From: a virus | Taxonomy: Duplodnaviria > Caudoviricetes | Strand: one strand, 5' to 3' | IMG/VR virus record: IMGVR_UViG_3300027815_000018 | Location: 1 to 26,976 of that record | DNA length: 26,976 nt | In this document: piece after piece, positions 24,154 to 26,976 of the stretch | How the letters are laid out: the number at the start of each line of letters is the position of its first letter | Position numbering within the stretch: position 1 is the first letter of the stretch | Notes under the pieces: model-generated | What the model saw: only the letters and a program-made list of their open reading frames with translations | Database searches by the model: none | Told to the model about the DNA's origin: nothing | Made by a program: the position numbers and the translations under genes

Positions 24154-25440
24154 ATCTGTGGCATCGTTGGAGTAGGTTGTTTCGTTACTGGGGGTCTCTG
24201 GTTTGGGCAAGAGACTATTTTTCGACAGCTTTTAATTGCAGATAGTCTCCGTGGCATTGATGGGGCGGGGATTGTCCGGGTATCCCGAGAGGGTATTGCA
24301 GACTGGCGTAAGTTAAGAGGAAGCGGATTTGATCTACTACGGTCAGAAGGGGTTGATCCGTGGCTCTCGAAAGCAGTAGGGGCTTGTGACAAAATCCTGA
24401 TTGGGCACAACCGATGGGCTTCGAGCGGAAAGAAAACAACACTGAATGCCCACCCGTTCGAGCATGGGCATATTACCCTTGTTCACAATGGCTTTGCCTC
24501 CAATCTTTCTGAATTTGGAAAAAAATCCAACAAATTTGAAGTTGACAGTGACGGACTTGCCTTTGCTATTTTTAAACTCGGCATCAAAGATGTCCTAGCA
24601 AAACTCAAAGGCCCATATTCCATTGTTTATTTTGATGAGAATGAAAAAACCCTTAACTTCGCCCGAAATGCAGATCGTCCTATGTTCTATTCCTTTGAGA
24701 CAACACGAAAAACTTTGATCTTCGGAAGTGAAAAACCAATGTTGGAGTGGATCGTTAGTCGGACACACTCAACACTGGATTACCCTACTATTGAGGAACT
24801 CCCAGTCTTTACCCACATGCAAATATCATTTGACGGAGAGCTTTCTCAAACGGGCTATGCACCCCCACCGGCATATGTGTATACCCCATACTCGCAATCG
24901 GAGGAGGAAGCTGGATATACTTGGGCTGAAGACCCGGATACCCATGTGTGGGGGCGGGTTCTTCCAATTGCACCAAAACCGAATCTTCCAGTTGTCGTGG
25001 GCAATCCCCCAACGTTATCCCCCCCTAAAACGCATGTCCTCCAGTCTGTGGCAGACGCTTGGAAACATCGAGGGGGAAAAGGATACCAATACCCAACTCA
25101 GATGTTCGGATACAAAATCGGGGAAAAGATTCAATTCGTGGCGATGGAAAAATCTAGGGCATCTCCAACCCAAGACCAATGGAGAATCATTGGAAGCCAC
25201 GATCAATATGATAAATTAGAAATTAGATTTTGGATCAAAGGAGAAGCCGAGGCCGACAAATTTATCAACGATGCTGTATTGGTTGAAGCACGGATTCGCT
25301 CTATGCAACGTGACCCCACCACAGGGATTCCAATAATGTTTGTGAGCGAGCCTGAAGCCCTGTTTGGGGAAGAAAAGAAACCCGATAAGGAAAAAGCCTC
25401 TTTACTGATTCTGCCCGCAAGTGAACCAACAGTCCACTAA
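24154..25440 (+). CDS. Class II (Ntn) glutamine amidotransferase with an ATC start, 428 aa
   Basis: Open from ATC-TGT-GGC-ATC-GTT-GGA ((M)CGIVG) through RG.D, GHNRWAS, NAHPF, LVHNG, VDSD and ARN..RP into track ORF 24682..25440. Confidence 0.9.
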   Translation: MCGIVGVGCFVTGGLWFGQETIFRQLLIADSLRGIDGAGIVRVSREGIADWRKLRGSGFDLLRSEGVDPWLSKAVGACDKILIGHNRWASSGKKTTLNAHPFEHGHITLVHNGFASNLSEFGKKSNKFEVDSDGLAFAIFKLGIKDVLAKLKGPYSIVYFDENEKTLNFARNADRPMFYSFETTRKTLIFGSEKPMLEWIVSRTHSTLDYPTIEELPVFTHMQISFDGELSQTGYAPPPAYVYTPYSQSEEEAGYTWAEDPDTHVWGRVLPIAPKPNLPVVVGNPPTLSPPKTHVLQSVADAWKHRGGKGYQYPTQMFGYKIGEKIQFVAMEKSRASPTQDQWRIIGSHDQYDKLEIRFWIKGEAEADKFINDAVLVEARIRSMQRDPTTGIPIMFVSEPEALFGEEKKPDKEKASLLILPASEPTVH

Positions 25441-25455
25441 TAAGGAGTTCTTAAG

Positions 25456-26238
25456 ATGAAGCGTTTGGTTGTTTACCCCTATAAAATGGGGAGTGCAAGT
25501 TCCAAACTACTTGCCAAAGCTCTTGATGCAATTCGGGTATTCCCCGATAGGGACTACTCTCCAAAGAAAAACGATCTAATTGTGAATTGGGGGAGTGGGC
25601 ACCGCCCGATTTGGGGGGCTGAGTTAGTCTCGCGGTCTCAAATTCTGAATCACTGGCAGAACATCTGCTTTGCCATTGACAAAGCTGAGAGTTTCTCACA
25701 CTTTCTTGCCGGGGGTGTCTGTGTTCCGAAGTTTACCCAAAGTCGGACAAAAGCAATTAGTTGGCTGGAAGAAGGGATTGTGGTTGTTGGGCGGCAAGTA
25801 TTAGAAGGAACTCGGGGAGAGGGGGTGTGCGTAATGGAGAAGCCCACCCAATTCCGAACTTGCTGTCTATATACTCAATATGAAGAACCAACAAAAGAAT
25901 TCCGTGTCTATACGTTTAATGGAAAATTTCTGGATGCGCTGGAAAAACGTCGGGATAGTGACAGATTAGCGGAAGGCACTATTAACTATCAAGTGAGAAC
26001 GGAAGAAAACGGCTGGGTTTTCTGTCATAATGGGGTGTATGTCCCGCAAGAAGTTGCCAAGCAAGCTGTGTTAGCCACAAATGCCCTTGGGTTAATGTTT
26101 GGAGGGGTTGATATTATATGGAATGAAAAGACGAAACGAGCCTCGGTGCTTGAAGTCAACACTGCGCCGGGGATATTCGGCACTACGGTATCGCTTTACG
26201 CTGAAGAGATACTGAAATACGCCGAAAAAGCAGCATAA
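25456..26238 (+). CDS. ATP-grasp ligase (RimK-like)
   Basis: TAAGGAG RBS. 'IVNWG', 'DK...F', 'EFRV..F', 'LGL.FGGVDIIW', 'VLEVNTAPG'. Confidence 0.9.
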   Translation: MKRLVVYPYKMGSASSKLLAKALDAIRVFPDRDYSPKKNDLIVNWGSGHRPIWGAELVSRSQILNHWQNICFAIDKAESFSHFLAGGVCVPKFTQSRTKAISWLEEGIVVVGRQVLEGTRGEGVCVMEKPTQFRTCCLYTQYEEPTKEFRVYTFNGKFLDALEKRRDSDRLAEGTINYQVRTEENGWVFCHNGVYVPQEVAKQAVLATNALGLMFGGVDIIWNEKTKRASVLEVNTAPGIFGTTVSLYAEEILKYAEKAA

Positions 26239-26241
26239 GAA

Positions 26242-26258
26242 GTTACAAACCTTGTAAC
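26242..26258. repeat. Dispersed palindrome, copy 8
   Basis: GTTACAA-ACC-TTGTAAC, 3 nt after the ATP-grasp stop codon. Confidence 0.9.
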
Positions 26259-26283
26259 AATTACCGAAAAAGAAGAATAAACC

Positions 26284-26454
26284 ATGAGATGCGCTTCGTG
26301 TGATAATTTGCTGACTGATCGGGAGACAGTTCGGCGGATTGCTTCAACTTTAGAGTTTCTTGATCTTTGTGATGAATGTTACGCACCAATCAAGCAGGAT
26401 GTCCCCACAATTGATCGTCTTGAGCACGAATTGATTGACGAAATGGAGAGATAA
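26284..26454 (+). CDS. 56-aa zinc-finger protein (below the ORF-track cutoff)
   Basis: MRCASCDNLLTDRETVRRIASTLEFLDLCDECYAPI... Confidence 0.75.
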   Translation: MRCASCDNLLTDRETVRRIASTLEFLDLCDECYAPIKQDVPTIDRLEHELIDEMER

Positions 26455-26462
26455 ATCAGCAT

Positions 26463-26976
26463 ATGGAAAATAATATTGTGTTCGTTCCGTTTGAGTCGGC
26501 CTACGGCTACACAGAATCTGGCCAAAGCGTGCAGGCAAGAATGGCATTTCTTAACAAGGTTGGGAATACTTACACCGAGATGTTCCTTCCAGTGATGTGT
26601 AGGGACTATCTCAACGACATCTTGCATTTGGAATACTGGAAACTACCAGAAGCTCGTGTCTGTGGTTTCTCCTATGATGGAAGAGTCCCAAGAATAGACC
26701 GAGATCAAATTCGATTGAGTTTGCAGTGTGCTTCTGCAAGTGGTTTTGCCCATATGGTCTCAAATCTTGCGTTAATTCTGCACCCAATCGAGACAAAGAA
26801 TAACTTTGAATTAACCACAATTAAGCTACCAAGTGAAAAAGTATTGATTCTTGAGGGGGACAAACGATGGCTTTCTTCCACAATAACGCTGTCAGCTTAC
26901 ACACTTATGTTGCGAATTGCTGGGCTTCCTTTTACTAACCCAAATAACTGGATCAAAGAGATTTCAGAACGGCGGG
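26463..26976 (+). CDS. Hypothetical protein, truncated at the window edge
   Basis: GGAG upstream. MENNIVFVPFES...MCRDYLNDIL...EGDKRWLSS..TLSAYTLMLR..., open to the end of the window. Confidence 0.7.
   Translation, partial: MENNIVFVPFESAYGYTESGQSVQARMAFLNKVGNTYTEMFLPVMCRDYLNDILHLEYWKLPEARVCGFSYDGRVPRIDRDQIRLSLQCASASGFAHMVSNLALILHPIETKNNFELTTIKLPSEKVLILEGDKRWLSSTITLSAYTLMLRIAGLPFTNPNNWIKEISERR

Noticed and set aside
24682-25440. Track ORF treated as a stand-alone 252-aa gene
   Set aside because: It is the C-terminal part of the amidotransferase that starts at 24154.
16359-26258. The palindromes as a CRISPR array or integron attC sites
   Set aside because: The repeats are too short and spaced irregularly at 0.5-4 kb, three lie inside genes, they lack attC architecture, and no cas or integrase gene is in the window.

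Overview
The window is a fragment of a lytic podovirus-type phage genome with two divergent arms. The minus-strand arm (1-15.5 kb) carries packaging and morphogenesis genes: small terminase, HNH, large terminase, portal, a GroES co-chaperonin, scaffold, major capsid protein, P22 gp4/gp10-like head-tail proteins and tail-fibre-like proteins. It is preceded by a tRNA-Gly(TCC) and two near-perfect sigma70 promoters. A hairpin-rich non-coding junction (about 15.7-16.7 kb) probably contains the physical genome ends. The plus-strand arm carries small early genes and then a phiEco32/PA11-type peptide-ligase cluster: C26 glutamine amidotransferase, COOH-NH2 ligase type 2, amidoligase, class II amidotransferase and ATP-grasp enzyme. 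The strongest unexplained signal is a 16-17 bp palindrome (GTTACAA-N2/3-TTGTAAC) found eight times, only in the early arm and also inside genes. In two places it sits between a large structured intergenic element and an unannotated membrane peptide. Other points: the class II amidotransferase must start at a non-AUG (ATC) codon, an AAA/kinase gene has an in-frame amber codon, the tRNA has an irregular T-stem, and there are two Fur-box-like sites. All family assignments come from motif recognition and synteny read by eye; no database search or folding computation was run.
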